Shown piece by piece: positions 22,437 through 34,471 of a DNA stretch of 64,000 bases. A model generated the notes under the pieces. That model was given only the letters and a program-made list of their open reading frames with translations. It was not told the origin of the DNA and ran no database searches. The translations under genes were made by a program, and so were the position numbers. The first letter of the stretch is position 1. Every line of letters starts with the position of its first letter. This stretch comes from Camelus dromedarius (lineage: Eukaryota): positions 930,001 to 994,000 of the forward strand of contig NC_087471.1 in NCBI RefSeq assembly GCF_036321535.1, written 5' to 3'.

Positions 22437-22808
22437 TTTAGCGGTATTTCCTAAGGTACGTACACTATTTTTTTAGATGTGACGCTGTTGCACACGTCAC
22501 AGACTGCAGCATAGCACCACCTAACTTCCACGTGCACCGGGAAACCGGAGCGTCCGTGTGCCTCTCTGTTGTGCCTGGACCTGCACTCAGCACCTCCGAG
22601 GTCTGCTCAGGACCCCTTCGCTCTGCTTGTCAGTGTTTTCCTGACTCTCCACTGTGCATGTACATCGCTCGCAAATGGAAGACCGCCAGCAGTCAGGAGG
22701 GCCACTCCGGGGCCCGGAGTCCGTCCTCCCCGCGCGCAAGCCTCGGAGCCTGTGAGCGGAAGCGTGGCCCCAAGGTGCGGTGCCCAGGGTGCTCTGGACC
22801 AAAAACAA

Positions 22809-22834
22809 ACACACACACACACACACACACACAC
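22809..22834 (+). repeat. (AC)13 microsatellite
   Basis: Read directly. Confidence 0.95.
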
Positions 22835-24530
22835 GTCCACACAAAACACAGACATACCGGCGCACACAGGTACACACATGCGTGCAGTTATGTCAGCACG
22901 CAAAGCGCACATGTACCCACGTTAACGGGGGTACATGCAGACACAGAGGCGCGCACACACTCCACCAGGAAGATCTGGAGACAGAGAAGCCCCTTGGGGT
23001 CCCTGCGCTCTGAGGCCAGGCCCGCTGTGAGATGCTGGCCCAGCTTCAGCGCAGCCAGAGCTTGAGCCTCTGTGACCGGTCCCATGAACCCAGCTCTACA
23101 GAGACACACAGGCCGAGGCCACATAGGGTAGACAGGGAGCAAGCCAGACAGGGAGGTGCCTGCAGGCAGAGGCAGGAACCACCCCTCCTGCAGAGCTGCA
23201 GCCTGACCTGAAACTTGACCTTCAGTTCTGGTGCCTTCCGGGGCTCGGGGGAGGGGACGGCCAGAGACGCCGCCTTTGTAAACACCGCCCCCCAACACCA
23301 CGATGCACGGTGACCAGCACTGGCTGGTGGGCTGTGGAGGGCAGCACCTGCCTAGATCCGGACGTGTCCCTGGGGACAGCCAACCCAGGGGCCTGCGGCA
23401 GGACGGGCCTGGGGCAGGGCCTGCATGGGGCCTCGGACAGAAGGGACGTGCTCTCATCCCCTGTCCCTTGACAGCAGGCGGGAAGAGCATGTTTCCCGAG
23501 GGCAGGCGTGGAACCGCCCCATCGAGGGCTGGTCCCTGCGAGCCCGTCAGCAGGGTCCCCGAGGACCTGGTGAACTTAGCACCGAGCCTCCCCGCTTTCC
23601 CAGTGCCAAGGAGGTCCCCAGGTGTGGCAGTGGAGGACGCTGCAGCCGCAGGACAGGCCTGGAGGGTGGAGTACATACCTCAGTGCCCGCCCTGAGGGAG
23701 TCAGGCGGCCCAGGTGACCCGGGGCCACACAGCCGCCCCTCACACGTCTGTCTGCACAACATCCCACTCACAGCACCTGCCCATCACCTGGAGCCCATGC
23801 AGAGCCACCAGCGGCCAACATGCAGAGCCACGGTGGACAGAGGTCCATGAGCCGACTCCACAGGGGGACCGGCAGCAGCGTGACACTCGCGGCTCCTCCC
23901 AGCTTGCCCCAAAGCTCCAAGAAGGGAAGAAACCTATCTGTCCTCCCTCCTCCCTGACTCCTCTCCCCGCTCTGAGCAGAGGACGAGCCCCAGGCCTGGG
24001 ACGGGCTGTGTGCTTTCTCTCTGCCGCCACAGACGAGCGAGAAGCCGGCAGCCGGGGGACCAGGGCCGCCCGCGCTGCCCAAAGCCCGGGACACATTCAG
24101 AATGCGGGTTTGGCCGCCGTCCCATCCCAGTATATCCAACACAGAGCAAACCCCCCGCGCCCGAGGGGGCAGGCTAGACTCTCGGTCTTTTCTGTGTTTA
24201 AACATCCTGAAACAAGTCATTCAAACAATTCCCACTTGGCTGGCTCTGGAGTTAATTTTTGAAATCTCCAGATGCACAAAGACCCACACACATCAAACCC
24301 AAACGGTCGGCCGACACAGAAGTGCCCCCCAGGCCAGCCGCGGCCCGGCAGCTGGTGCTGGCGGATACAGTTTGATGGGCACACGGCCGCGCCCGTCTTC
24401 ACGAGGGGCGAGCTGAGTAATTGCAATGAAACTACGTTCCCTGAAGCCTCAGCGGGTTCAGCCCTTCGTGGAAAACGCTGGTTGGGCCCTGCCGCCCCCA
24501 CCCCCCGCCCCGCACAAGTGCCCTGCTCAC

Positions 24531-24740
24531 CTGTGGCCTGGCAGAAGAGGTGGAAGGTCCCCAGGGCGTGCACGTGCTGGGCCTGGTCGCTGAGGAAGGG
24601 CGGCAGCAAGGTGACCCGCGGGCGGCTGTCGGGACCCGCGCCCGAGGCCGGCCAGGGGCTTCGGGGAGAGGAAGGTGAGTCGGGGCCCAGACAGGACAGG
24701 GAAGAGGACCCCGGAGGGGGGAAGGGCAGAGGAGATGAGG
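24531..24740 (-). CDS. SEMA4D: SEMA4D alternative isoform exon (Pro/Ser linker plus first half of alternative Ig domain)
   Basis: tgtctcgcag| acceptor, G|gtgagc donor, 210 nt, phase 1-1, compatible with the phase-1 donor at 27960; ASSPLPFPPP...RPRVTLLPPFLSDQAQHVHALGTFHLFCQAT. Confidence 0.9.
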
Positions 24741-24920
24741 CTGCGAGACAGAGGACAGAAAAGAGAGAGGGCTCTGAGAGGGGCGTCGTCAGGGACACGA
24801 CGCACGCCGGAGGGGGGGGCGGAGCACAGGAGAGAAAGGGGCCCCTGTCCAGGCCGCGCGGCGGGGCGGGGCGGGGAGCCACAGCAAGCCACGGGCCGCG
24901 TCAAGGATGTAAGCGTCTCG

Positions 24921-24926
24921 TTTATT
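24921..24926 (-). terminator. Poly(A) signal of the canonical SEMA4D 3'UTR (a second candidate at 25063-25068)
   Basis: AATAAA on - strand at the end of a U-rich 3'UTR, about 1.3 kb after the stop. Confidence 0.75.
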
Positions 24927-25697
24927 CGGTTACTTTCCAAATGTATACAATTCAAAGTAGAAAAATAAAAACAAAGTAAATCTTACAAAACACAAATGTT
25001 TACACCAAAACGGTCGAATCCATCATGCTGGAAGATGACACTGTCCACACACACACACAGAGTTTATTGCTCTTTGCCACGGAAAAGAAAGGCTCCTCTT
25101 GTGGGCGTCCGGAAAGCAGGAGGTGGAGTGTCACACCGGTGGCGGGAGACTGCTACCCGCTTGCACCTTTAAAGATGGGGCCGGGCTGGGCCGGTCTGCG
25201 CGGTGACCTCTGGGGGGGGCCTGTGGTCACCGGCCCGGCCCCCAGCTCTCTTCCAGTCGTGGTCAGCTCGTTACGCCAAGTGGAGAGTCTGGGCGGCCGG
25301 GGGCATGAGGCAGAAGCGAAAGGAAGGGAGACGTTCAGACGACCGAGACATCCCGGCGAACATCCGTCTGTCTGGACAGGAGGTTCTGACCGGTGGCCGT
25401 GGGCATCGGATTGTGAAAACGCGTGTCCCCTCAGCTCTGGGCCAGCCCGGCTCTCCCAGGGCACACGGGGCCCCATCCCTCCCTCGACACCCCGCCTGGC
25501 GCTGCATCCTCCACAACCTTCTCCTCCTCCAAAGACTTAAAACAAGAGAAAAAAGGAACAGAAAGAAAATCTCTGAAAACGGTGCTTCCCTCAAGAATAA
25601 AATTAAAAAAAAACCCAAAAAGGAAGGATGTTTAAGAGACGGTTTTGTCTACACTTCTAAAAGCAGAAAAGAACGCATTTAAGCAAAAGCAAGTTTA

Positions 25698-25705
25698 TCC
25701 CTGAG
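25698..25705 (-). promoter_or_regulatory. miR-125/lin-4 family 8mer site (CTCAGGGA) in SEMA4D 3'UTR
   Basis: tccctgag on + strand equals CTCAGGGA on the mRNA, complementary to the miR-125 seed plus A1. Confidence 0.65.
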
Positions 25706-26206
25706 AATCTCAAGCAACGTAAGCCATACCTTACCCTACCAGACGACAGAACCGAGATGTGCATCTCCTAAATATTAAACACATCTGCTTCAGTGATCAA
25801 AAAAAAAGACCTAACATAACAACACAATTAAAACCAAATCCTAAAAAAGTAATTACGTGGGGGAAAAACGGTCCGTGCCAACCTGGAAAACAGGTGATAA
25901 GTTACCAATCTGATAAACGAAGAACGTCATTTCCAATCTGGAAGTAAGCTATCCTGCAGTTGCCGCCGTGAGGAGGGCCGCCCTCCCACCACAGCGCGGG
26001 CTCGTCCCCAAGCGCTCTGACCCACCGAGGGAGGCCGCACACGATGCGCAGCGTTTTCCGAAAGGACAAAGAGAAACCAAGTCACAAGCGCGACCCAAGA
26101 GAAAAAGACACAGAAGACGGAGGTCTGCAGACGACGGCTACCTACGAGGCACTGGGCGGGGGACGGAACTGGCCACACGGGGACATCCCTGCGCGCGCTG
26201 GGCGCC

Positions 26207-27135
26207 TCAGTCCCCGTCCGCGTCCGAGTCGGCAAACTGCAGCTCGCACTTGACGTCGAACGGCTTGTCCCGGCCCGGGAGCTCGTCCATCCTCTGCGAG
26301 TCCTCCCTGTCGGTGGGCACCCTGCTGGCCATGGTGTCCTGCTCTGTCTCGTAGCCGGTGTCCAGGGCCGGCTTGGGCTGCCCTCCGTTCTGCTGGGAGA
26401 AGCTGCCCTGCTCCACCAGCGTCTCCTTCCCGCTCTGCTCGCAGTCGGAGAAGTCCAGCGCGGGCTTCTTCTTCCCGAGGAACACGGCCGAGCGGAACTT
26501 CAGGCACTGCCCGGGCAGGTAGCCCTTGTAGCAGTTGTAGGTCAGGAGGCAGAGGAAGAGGACGAAGAAGAGGAGGCAGAGGGACATGAAGAGGCGGTTG
26601 TCACTGGACTTGAGATACATCGTCTTCTCCGAGTGGACCTGGGGGACCGTGTTGATGACGATCTTTGGTTCACAGGACGTGCTGGTGGGCGCCGCGGGGC
26701 GGGACGGGGGGCTGACGGCACTGGGCGTGCTGACCCGCACGGCTGGGGTCTGGGGAGGGGAGCCTTGGGTAGGCCCCAGCGACATTTTGGGGGTGATCCT
26801 GCCACCTTCTGTCCGTGTGGCCGGCGGGGCAGAGGCCGCCGGGGTCCGCGGGACCACCTTGACCTCCAGGACGTGCTTGGCCACCACCTGCAAGACGGTC
26901 TTGTTTCTGACCCTCTCCTCCGACAGGCACTGGTACACCCCACTGTCTCCTTCCGACAGGTCGAAGATGAGCAAGTTCTTCCTGCCCACCAGGCTGTACT
27001 TGGGGCTCTCGACCTTGAGCACGCTGTCCCGGAACTTCCACACCGCCCGGGCCAGGTTGGACTTTTGGGAGCACTTGAGTTCTGCTGTGCCCCCACGCTT
27101 GAAAAAATGCTGCCGGTAACTTTCTTTAACTTTAT
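26207..27135 (-). CDS. SEMA4D: Semaphorin-4D terminal coding exon (Ig domain, stalk, TM, cytoplasmic tail)
   Basis: gttccag| acceptor; DKVKESYRQHFFK...YQC...LFMSLCLLFFVLFLCLLTY...FADSDADGD*, 929 nt. Confidence 0.98.
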
Positions 27136-27960
27136 CTGGAACATCAAAATAAACGTGCACAGTGTCAACAGCCCTGCTCGGTACTTGCTTCAAAAACAGG
27201 TCAACACGCACAAGAGGACACGAGTTTCACCCAGTGGAGCAACATGGAATCTTCCAGAACAGCTAAGGAGGTAAAGACATGCGTGACAGAAAAGCAAAGA
27301 TGAGCAGCCCTTGGGGACAAAGAGATCGAAGCCAACTCTGAGCAGGAGAAATCCCGTTTCGCACCCCGGTTCTCCAGGAGAAAACGTGCCGGGCCGGGGA
27401 GGCTGGGGAGGCCAGGCAGCAGCGCCGAGTCAAACCCGACAGGCTTCTGCTGGGGCCGCCGGGCACGCCAGCTGGTCCGTGCACCTCCACGCCCGCCTCC
27501 TAAACTGGTCTTAATGGGGTCAGGGTCGGGAGGGCAGGAGCCCAGCGCACGCCTGCCTTCGGCTGGGACAGGCCTGCCCTCCCGGGCAGAGGTGGGCTCC
27601 CCCGAGGGGCGCGAGGACTAATCTCTCAGGGGTCCCCCCTCCTGTAACCAGAGCCGCAGGTTTTGTTTAGGGAGCCCCAAGCTAAGCAGGAGAGAGACGG
27701 ATGCATCTCAGGAGCAGGTGTCACGGTCTGGGATAGAGGGTGCGTTCTGGTAAACAAATAGACCCTGCGTGGCTTCCACATCCTGTTCTGCGATAAACAG
27801 GACAGAGAAATGCCACGGGGTCAGCCACGAGATCCTTAACCTCTGTTCCGAGTAGAGAAAGGAAAATGAAATGGGCGAAATGCCACACCACGGAAGCACT
27901 GTGAAATGGTTAGGGGACCCGGCCGGTCCCGAAGGGAACGCAGCGCGGTGAGCTACTTAC

Positions 27961-28004
27961 CGGGGCAAGCGGACGTGTCTCCGCTCATTTCCTGAATCAA
28001 CTCC
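27961..28004 (-). CDS. SEMA4D: Semaphorin-4D coding exon 13
   Basis: 44 nt, ttgcag| and G|gtaagt; RELIQEMSGDTSACP. Confidence 0.96.
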
Positions 28005-28096
28005 CTGCAAAACAACCGGGCGCAGGTTACCCGCAGGCGTGTGCTGCGCGGCGGGGGGCGGGGGACGGGGGCACGGACGGGCGGCGGGGCCGGTAC

Positions 28097-28269
28097 CTGC
28101 TGGGGCTGTCGGTCTGGTGCAGGGTGACGCAGGCGGCCGCGGCCGGGCTCCAGGCGCAGTAGGGGTCCCGGGCCAGCACGCAGTCCTCGCAGGTGCCGTG
28201 CTGTCCGCAGAAGGCCACGGGGGCCTGCACCACGCCCGAGTTGGAACCGGCATAGATGAACCTCCTGCC
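28097..28269 (-). CDS. SEMA4D: Semaphorin-4D coding exon 12 (PSI domain)
   Basis: 173 nt; [40 protein letters not shown]. Confidence 0.97.
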
Positions 28270-30597
28270 CTGTGAGTGTGGAACAGATGAGAACGGTGGG
28301 CACGGGGTGTAGCCTCCAGCGTGACGGGGCGACCGGTGCTGCTCTAGCTCGGGGGCGGAGGGGGATGATGAAGCATCCCCCGAGGTTCTGGAGGAGAAGG
28401 TGGAGCGAGGCCCGGGTGGATCCAAGACTAATCTGAACCACAGCATTGTAATGATACAGGCTAACTCAGGGCACCCAGGGCCGTGGTGCGAGTCCCGCCC
28501 TCCCTGGCCCAAGTGCCCCCATCACCCTACCCACCAGCAGGGCGCTGCGCTCCTCCTCCGCGGGCAGGGGCTGCTCAGGCCCGCGGTGCATGGGAGGCCC
28601 CCACCAGCCTGGCACTCCCGGCCGCACCACGGGCCAGGGCCAGAGGACACCACCTGCGAACCCCGCCTCGCGCCTGCCACATGCGAGCACCAGTACACAG
28701 AAGGCCCGTGCCCGTGTCTGAACCTGGCGGGGCCGCGGTGCGGGAGGCGTGCCCACGTTTACGGGAGATGAATGCTGCTGGGGAGATGGACAGCCACGCT
28801 CCAAGCAGGGAGCAAAAAGCAGGATCCTTCTGGAACTCCGGGCACTCGGGCTACCGCCGCCAGCGCCCACGGCACCGGCGGGCGGCTGCGCACGCAGGCA
28901 GGGCTGGACCGAGGGCCCCACGGAGCGTGCCGAGGCCCGTGGCACAGCCAGGGCGGGCAGCCCAGGCCCCAGGAGATTTCCGTCTCCTCTGCTGGCGAGC
29001 CCGTTTCACTCAAGTTCCAGATGGGCCTTCAGGTTAACGTCAAGAGACTCCCCAGTCTACACAGAGCTCAGTGTTTTCCACTCGGATGAGATGCAGACTC
29101 TGTCCCCAGAGGACGCATTCTGAATCGACTTCAGAGTCCGGCTGGAACTCAGAGTCCTTGCTGTTACCCCAGAGCCCCTGGCCTGCGATGCCTCCCTTCC
29201 CGGGGGTCACAGACCCACCCTGCGGAGGGACAGTCAAGGGAGGGCAGCCCCTGCAGTGAATGGACAAGCGGCTGAGAGCCAGGCCCAGGGCCGGCCTGTC
29301 CACGGCGGCAGAGGCCCGGGCAGATGAGGGCACGCGAGTCCCATATTCACACAGGAGGGATGATGTCCCAGGTCACAGCCAGGATTATGTGGCTCACAGA
29401 GGTGAGGGAGCACCTCCCAGGGTGACAGGCCAGCGGGGCTCCCGGAGGAACCCTAGCACGGGCCCGGACACTCACGCAGAGCCCACCAGGGGGCCCGGGC
29501 TGCCAGGGGAGCCCACGGGCACCTCCCCCCGGGAGGAGGCCCTCCCCAGCCCGGCTCCCGCCCCCGCCCCCGCCCCGCAGCCGGCACAGCCCGGCTCCTG
29601 CACCCAGCAGGGCGGGCCAAGCCCCCATGAAGCAGAGCCGACGGCGCCTTGCCGACTCCCGCAGACGGGGGAGGGAAGGGGACGGGAAAGCTGCTTGGAT
29701 CCCACAGCAGTGCCCGCTGTGGGCCAGGCCACGGGCAGATGTGACGAGTCAGCGGGCGTGGGGCCGGGTGTCTGTGGAGCCTCAAGGTCGCCCACAAATT
29801 AGTGGTGGCGACAGTAGGGGCTGAACGTGGCCCCCAGACTCTTCAGCCGCCCCCTCCAGGAGCTGGGGCTTAGCTCCCCATCCCCTGGGGAACACAGGGC
29901 GTGGGGACAGTGCAGAAAAAGAAATCAGTAACTCTGAGAAGTCACGTTGAGGCCACGTCCCTGAGACAGTGGTCATCTCCCCAAACGCTCACCCCCAACC
30001 TAAACACAACACTAGAGGCACCCAAACTGAAGGGTGTCCGCAGAGCATGACCCGTTCTGTCCTGAGTGTCACAGCCACCCAGACGAGGGCGGACGGGTAG
30101 CTGTGCGGGCCGGAGGGGACTGAGGAGAGGAGCCGGAGGCCGCACGGGGCCCTGGAGCCTGAAGGCAGGTGGTGGGACATGGGTTCTGGGGCCTGGAGGG
30201 GATTCGGGGTGCGGTGCCAGCAGACCTCCTTGGGTTGGCAGGTGCACGCTGGACTCTCTGCACCATCATCCCAACTCTTATGAGAGAAAACCACCTGGCC
30301 GGGCGCCATGAGAGATCTGCTGGGAACGCATGTTCCCCAGCCCTCTCCCCGTGGGCCCCACGTGTGTCTCCGCCCTCCAGCTGACTACGTGCCCTGCTGG
30401 AGCCCTGGGCCCACACTGTCTCGTCTCCGTCCCTGCACACACAGGCACATGATCGTGGGGGGATGTGGCTGGAGCTGGAGGAGCACCTGCTGAAGCAACT
30501 CTTCCCTCCCCTTTGCTGCACAGGCTGCCCCTCACCATCCAAGAGTGTCCTTGGGGACAGCAGACGCATCTGGCTCCGTGGCCCAGGGCACACCTGC

Positions 30598-31075
30598 CAT
30601 GTACACACAGAGATGTCACACGGCACTAGTCACAACAGCCCAGGGGTGGAGGCAACCCAAGCATCCCTCAGTGGGTGAGTAAACAAGATGCGGTGTGTGC
30701 ACATGATGGAATATTACTCAGCCCCGAAAAGGAAAGAAATCCCATCAATTGCAATGGCATGGATAAACCTTTAGGACAATATGCCAGAGGAAACAAGCCA
30801 GTCACAAAAGGACAAACGCTGTAGGATTCCACTGAAGTGAGGTTCTTAGTCAAACACCCAGAGATGGAAAGCAGAACGGGGCTGGGGAACGGGAAGAAGG
30901 GGGAGTCAGTGTTCAACGGGGACAGGGCTTCAGTTTGGAAGGATGAAAAAGCTCTGGAGGTGGACGGGGATGATGGCTGCACGGCGTGAATGCACTTGGC
31001 GCTGCTGAACTGTACACACGAAACAACCAAAACGGCAAAATTTATCTGATGCGTATTTACCACACAAAAAACCCC
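30598..31075 (+). mobile_element. L1MB-type 3' end fragment
   Basis: atggaatattactcagcc...gccagtcacaaaaggacaaa...gggcttcagtttggaaggatgaaaaagctctggaggtgga...tatttaccacac. Confidence 0.8.
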
Positions 31076-32707
31076 CAAAAAACAAAGTCACTTGTTAGGG
31101 AACAGGAGGTAGTGACAAGGGGCAGTCCCCCTTTCTGGCTGCAAGGAGCTCTGTGCTGCCCAAAGCTGCCCACCAGCCTTCCACAGTGAGGCTCAGGCAC
31201 GATGGACCGAAGAGCCTGCGGGTGGGGACAAGGGGCAGGGGGGCCTTTTACCCGGAACAGCCGCTTCCTGCTGCCCCGGCAGCATGGCCAGCAGCCCAGG
31301 AGAAGGCGAGGGGCCCCGTGGGTGCGCGATGAACTCCCATGTGTCCCAGGTAGCTGAGCATGCCCCAGTGCAGTGGGGACTCCTGCAGGGACAGGCCATT
31401 CATTCCCCGGGCGCCAGGCTTCCCCCAGCCACGTGACCACATCCTGACCGCAGAGTGGGGAGCACAGGGCTGACCTGTAAGACGCCCCCAGGAGATCCTG
31501 CCCTCCTTCTTCCTCCCCCCATCCTCCAACGGGATGAGAGCCCACATGCCCTGGGCCCTGGACGCGGGTTCAGGGTAGGGCACTGGTCCGTGACCTGCAC
31601 TGTGGCGCAGAGCAGGGCCCTGTTCTCACCGCACGTCCGCCCGCGCTCGGGATCCGGCCTCAGTTCTGATGAGTATGTGTACATTTGGAGGCCTCAAGGG
31701 TCCTCGTCCCAGCCTGGCTGAGGCACCTGGGGGACCTGCCAGCAGGCGGACAGTCTTCTGGGTGTCCTTGTCTCAACAAGGACGTGGGGTGGGTGGGTCC
31801 CCAGAAAGGGGGGCCGAAGCACCCCCCCCCGAGAGGCATGGATGCCACATCTGGTAGCCTAACTCCGTTTACCTCGTCCTCCCTCCCTCTCAGAATGGGA
31901 AGGAGGGAGCTCGCCGTGCAGTGGCCAAGGGGGGAGGTGGCCCTATGACAGGCGTCTAAAACCAGAGCCATCTCTTCAAGCTCACGATGAAAGATCCACG
32001 TGCGATGTTTGCCAACACGTGGCGACTGAAGAGTCGCCTTTTTTCTCTTCATTCCCGCCTGGCTACCGGGGCGCCCACCTGCTGCCCGCGGCCCAGGGCT
32101 GAGGGAGCCGTGCGCCTGGGCCCCACAAGCCGGGTGGAGCCAGGGCAGCGAGGATGCTTTCCAACATGAAGAGAGGAAGGCCCGGAGTGTCATGGGTCAA
32201 ACTGGGAAATTTCCAGCAACAGGGTGACACCACACGAAGCAGGGACAGCCTGGCCTGATGCCCCAGGGCAAAGCTTTTCAAATGGGGTGCAGGTGGGGAG
32301 ACTGAGCAGTGGGGGGCCTGCAGCGCAGGAGAACGTGACGCATGGCCGAGCTTCCCCGGGACTGCCAGGCCCCAGAGCCCGTCAGCCCAGGGACACTCAA
32401 GTCCCCACGGGGGGACCCTACAAGCATAAGGGAGGTCCTTGACTGACAGCCCAGGGGCTGCAGCGTGGGGAGTTACAGGGCAGGGCCGGGACCCTCCCAT
32501 CTGCTGTCCCTCACTGTACGGGTAGAGACCGAGGCAGGACTGGCCTGCCCAGGCTCCTGGTCACACATCATCAAGCCCGGATTTGGACCCAGCCCCCAGG
32601 TGCCCGGCCCGCACTCTGCCTGTCACTGCTCCATCCCAGCTGTAAACCGGGTGGCATGTTTCCCAAAGGCCACTACAGATACACGGCAGGTGACAGCCCG
32701 TGGACGG

Positions 32708-32988
32708 CAGGGCAAACCCAGCCCGCTGGCTGTCTCTGCACAGCCCACCAGCTAACAAACGGGTTCACATTTTTAAATGGTTGAAGGAAAGTCAGAAGAA
32801 TGACATTCAGTGACACGTGAGAATTCCATGAACTGCAAAGCTCGGCGCCCGTGCGTGAGGCTTTGCGGGAATGTAACGGGGCTCGCCGGCCTGCAGACCG
32901 CCCGTGGCTGCTCCAGGCTGCAACAGCCCGGCCCCTGGGGCCTCGAATAGTCACGCTTGGTCCTGTAGAGAAAAGCCTGCGGCCCTAG
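32708..32988 (+). mobile_element. MER58B-like hAT-Charlie DNA transposon
   Basis: cagggcaaac...acatttttaaatggttg...gtgacacgtgagaattccatgaa...agaaaagcctgcggccctag matches the MER58B layout (from memory). Confidence 0.75.
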
Positions 32989-33349
32989 AGCAGGAGGAAG
33001 TGCCCTGCTGTTACTCAGAGGACGGTTTTCTGCAGTGATGAGGCGGTGCACGGGTGGCGCACCGGCCGGTGGGGGCTCGGCCTCACCGAGTCCCGGACAC
33101 GAGGAAGTGCTTTCACAGGCCAGTGCCGACGCGCCCCCAGCGCTGGTCCCGACAGCTCAGTGAGGCTCTGTCAGCTTTTAGGACAGTTGCCGTCCCTCCA
33201 CCCCAAGCCCCACAGCTCATGGAAGGACCTTCTGTAAGAGCCTGAAGGTCGGCTCATCTGGGCCAGACAGACGGCGGGGACTGCCCGGCCCAGCCCAGCC
33301 TGTGGCTGCTGAGACACAGGGCCACCCACCCAGCCGCCCGTCACTTTAC

Positions 33350-33465
33350 CTTCTTGGAGGACAGCAGCAGGGTCTGGACCGGCTCGAAGTCCTGGAAGAG
33401 CTGTGTCTCCTCGATGATGTGGACGTCATTCTCAAGGTTGATGGCTTTGTGCAGGGCGCCCCGGT
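33350..33465 (-). CDS. SEMA4D: Semaphorin-4D coding exon 11
   Basis: 116 nt; [42 protein letters not shown]|gtaaag. Confidence 0.97.
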
Positions 33466-34248
33466 CTGCGAGGTCAAAGGTCAAAGCTATAGGTCAGTCC
33501 CCAGGGGGAGAGGACGGTCAGTGGCAAATGATCACCCTTCCTCCCCTCACTCCCTCCCCCCAACAGGAGGCTTAGAAACAGATGGTGTTTTTGCATCAGA
33601 AACAGAAGAGGAAAAGCAAAATAAACAACTGGAAACCCAAACAGCACAAGCTGCTCCCATTCTTTTCTGGAAAGTACACAGCCCTTTGTTGACCCCGACT
33701 TCCCTCATCAGCACGGTCAACGTGCCATCCGAACAAATGGGGCGTGTTTCCTGGGCTCCAGGGGCCTCGGGGGTGCCACCCCCACCCCCCGGAGCCCCAG
33801 GCCGGGAGGGCGGGGTCTGGACAGAGCCGCCGCGGCCGCAGCACCTGGCCGCCATCCCTGTTCCGGGAGCACCTGTGTCAGTCCAGGGGCGACCAGGAAA
33901 GGCGTGCCTCGCACGGCAGGTCAGGACAGGCCTTGAACTCAGCCACGCACGCGGGGAGCTGGGACGTGCGTATCTGCTGGCTCTGCCGCCGCCTCCCCAG
34001 GCACCACTCGGCCTCCCTTTACACCAGCCCAGCCCCATCAGACCTGAATTCCCAGATCTGGGCCAAGACTCGCACTCTTAACCAGTGCCCCCGGTGGTCT
34101 GATGGCCACCGAGATCCGAAGCCACCTTCTTAGAAATCCTCCCACGCTCTAATAAACCACCTGGGCACCTGGGGGAGGGAGACGCTGGCAGCACGCGGCA
34201 GAGATGCGCCGGACCTACCCACGTTCTCGCCCAGGGCACGGGACCCAC

Positions 34249-34471
34249 CTGTGCTGACAAACATGACATCGTAGACGGTCCCGTCCAGGGCCTGGGTCCT
34301 GTCCACCACGATCTGTGTGTAGTTCGCGTCGGTTTTGACCAGCCGGGGTCTGTTGTCTACCGGGGTCACAGAGTCGTCCATGAGCGGGTGATCTTTGACA
34401 AACTGCAGGGTCTTGTCTGGCAGGTTGAGCGAGCTGGAGAGGTTGGCCGCCCGCGCCTCCCGGTTGATACA
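34249..34471 (-). CDS. SEMA4D: Semaphorin-4D coding exon 10
   Basis: 223 nt; [35 protein letters not shown]...YDVMFVST. Confidence 0.97.

Larger units (their letters stand above)
21858..22608 (-). mobile_element. Internally deleted Tigger1-type DNA transposon, interrupted by two SINEs
   Basis: Both ends resemble Tigger1 termini (caggcgcaccgcg... and ...ctccgaggtctgc). Internal text matches Tigger1 (gtcacattttg...tatttcagactttttcattatt; taaggtacgtacactattttttaga), from memory. Confidence 0.7.

Noticed and set aside
24997-25004. miR-30 8mer TGTTTACA
   Set aside because: On the + strand, i.e. antisense to the SEMA4D mRNA.
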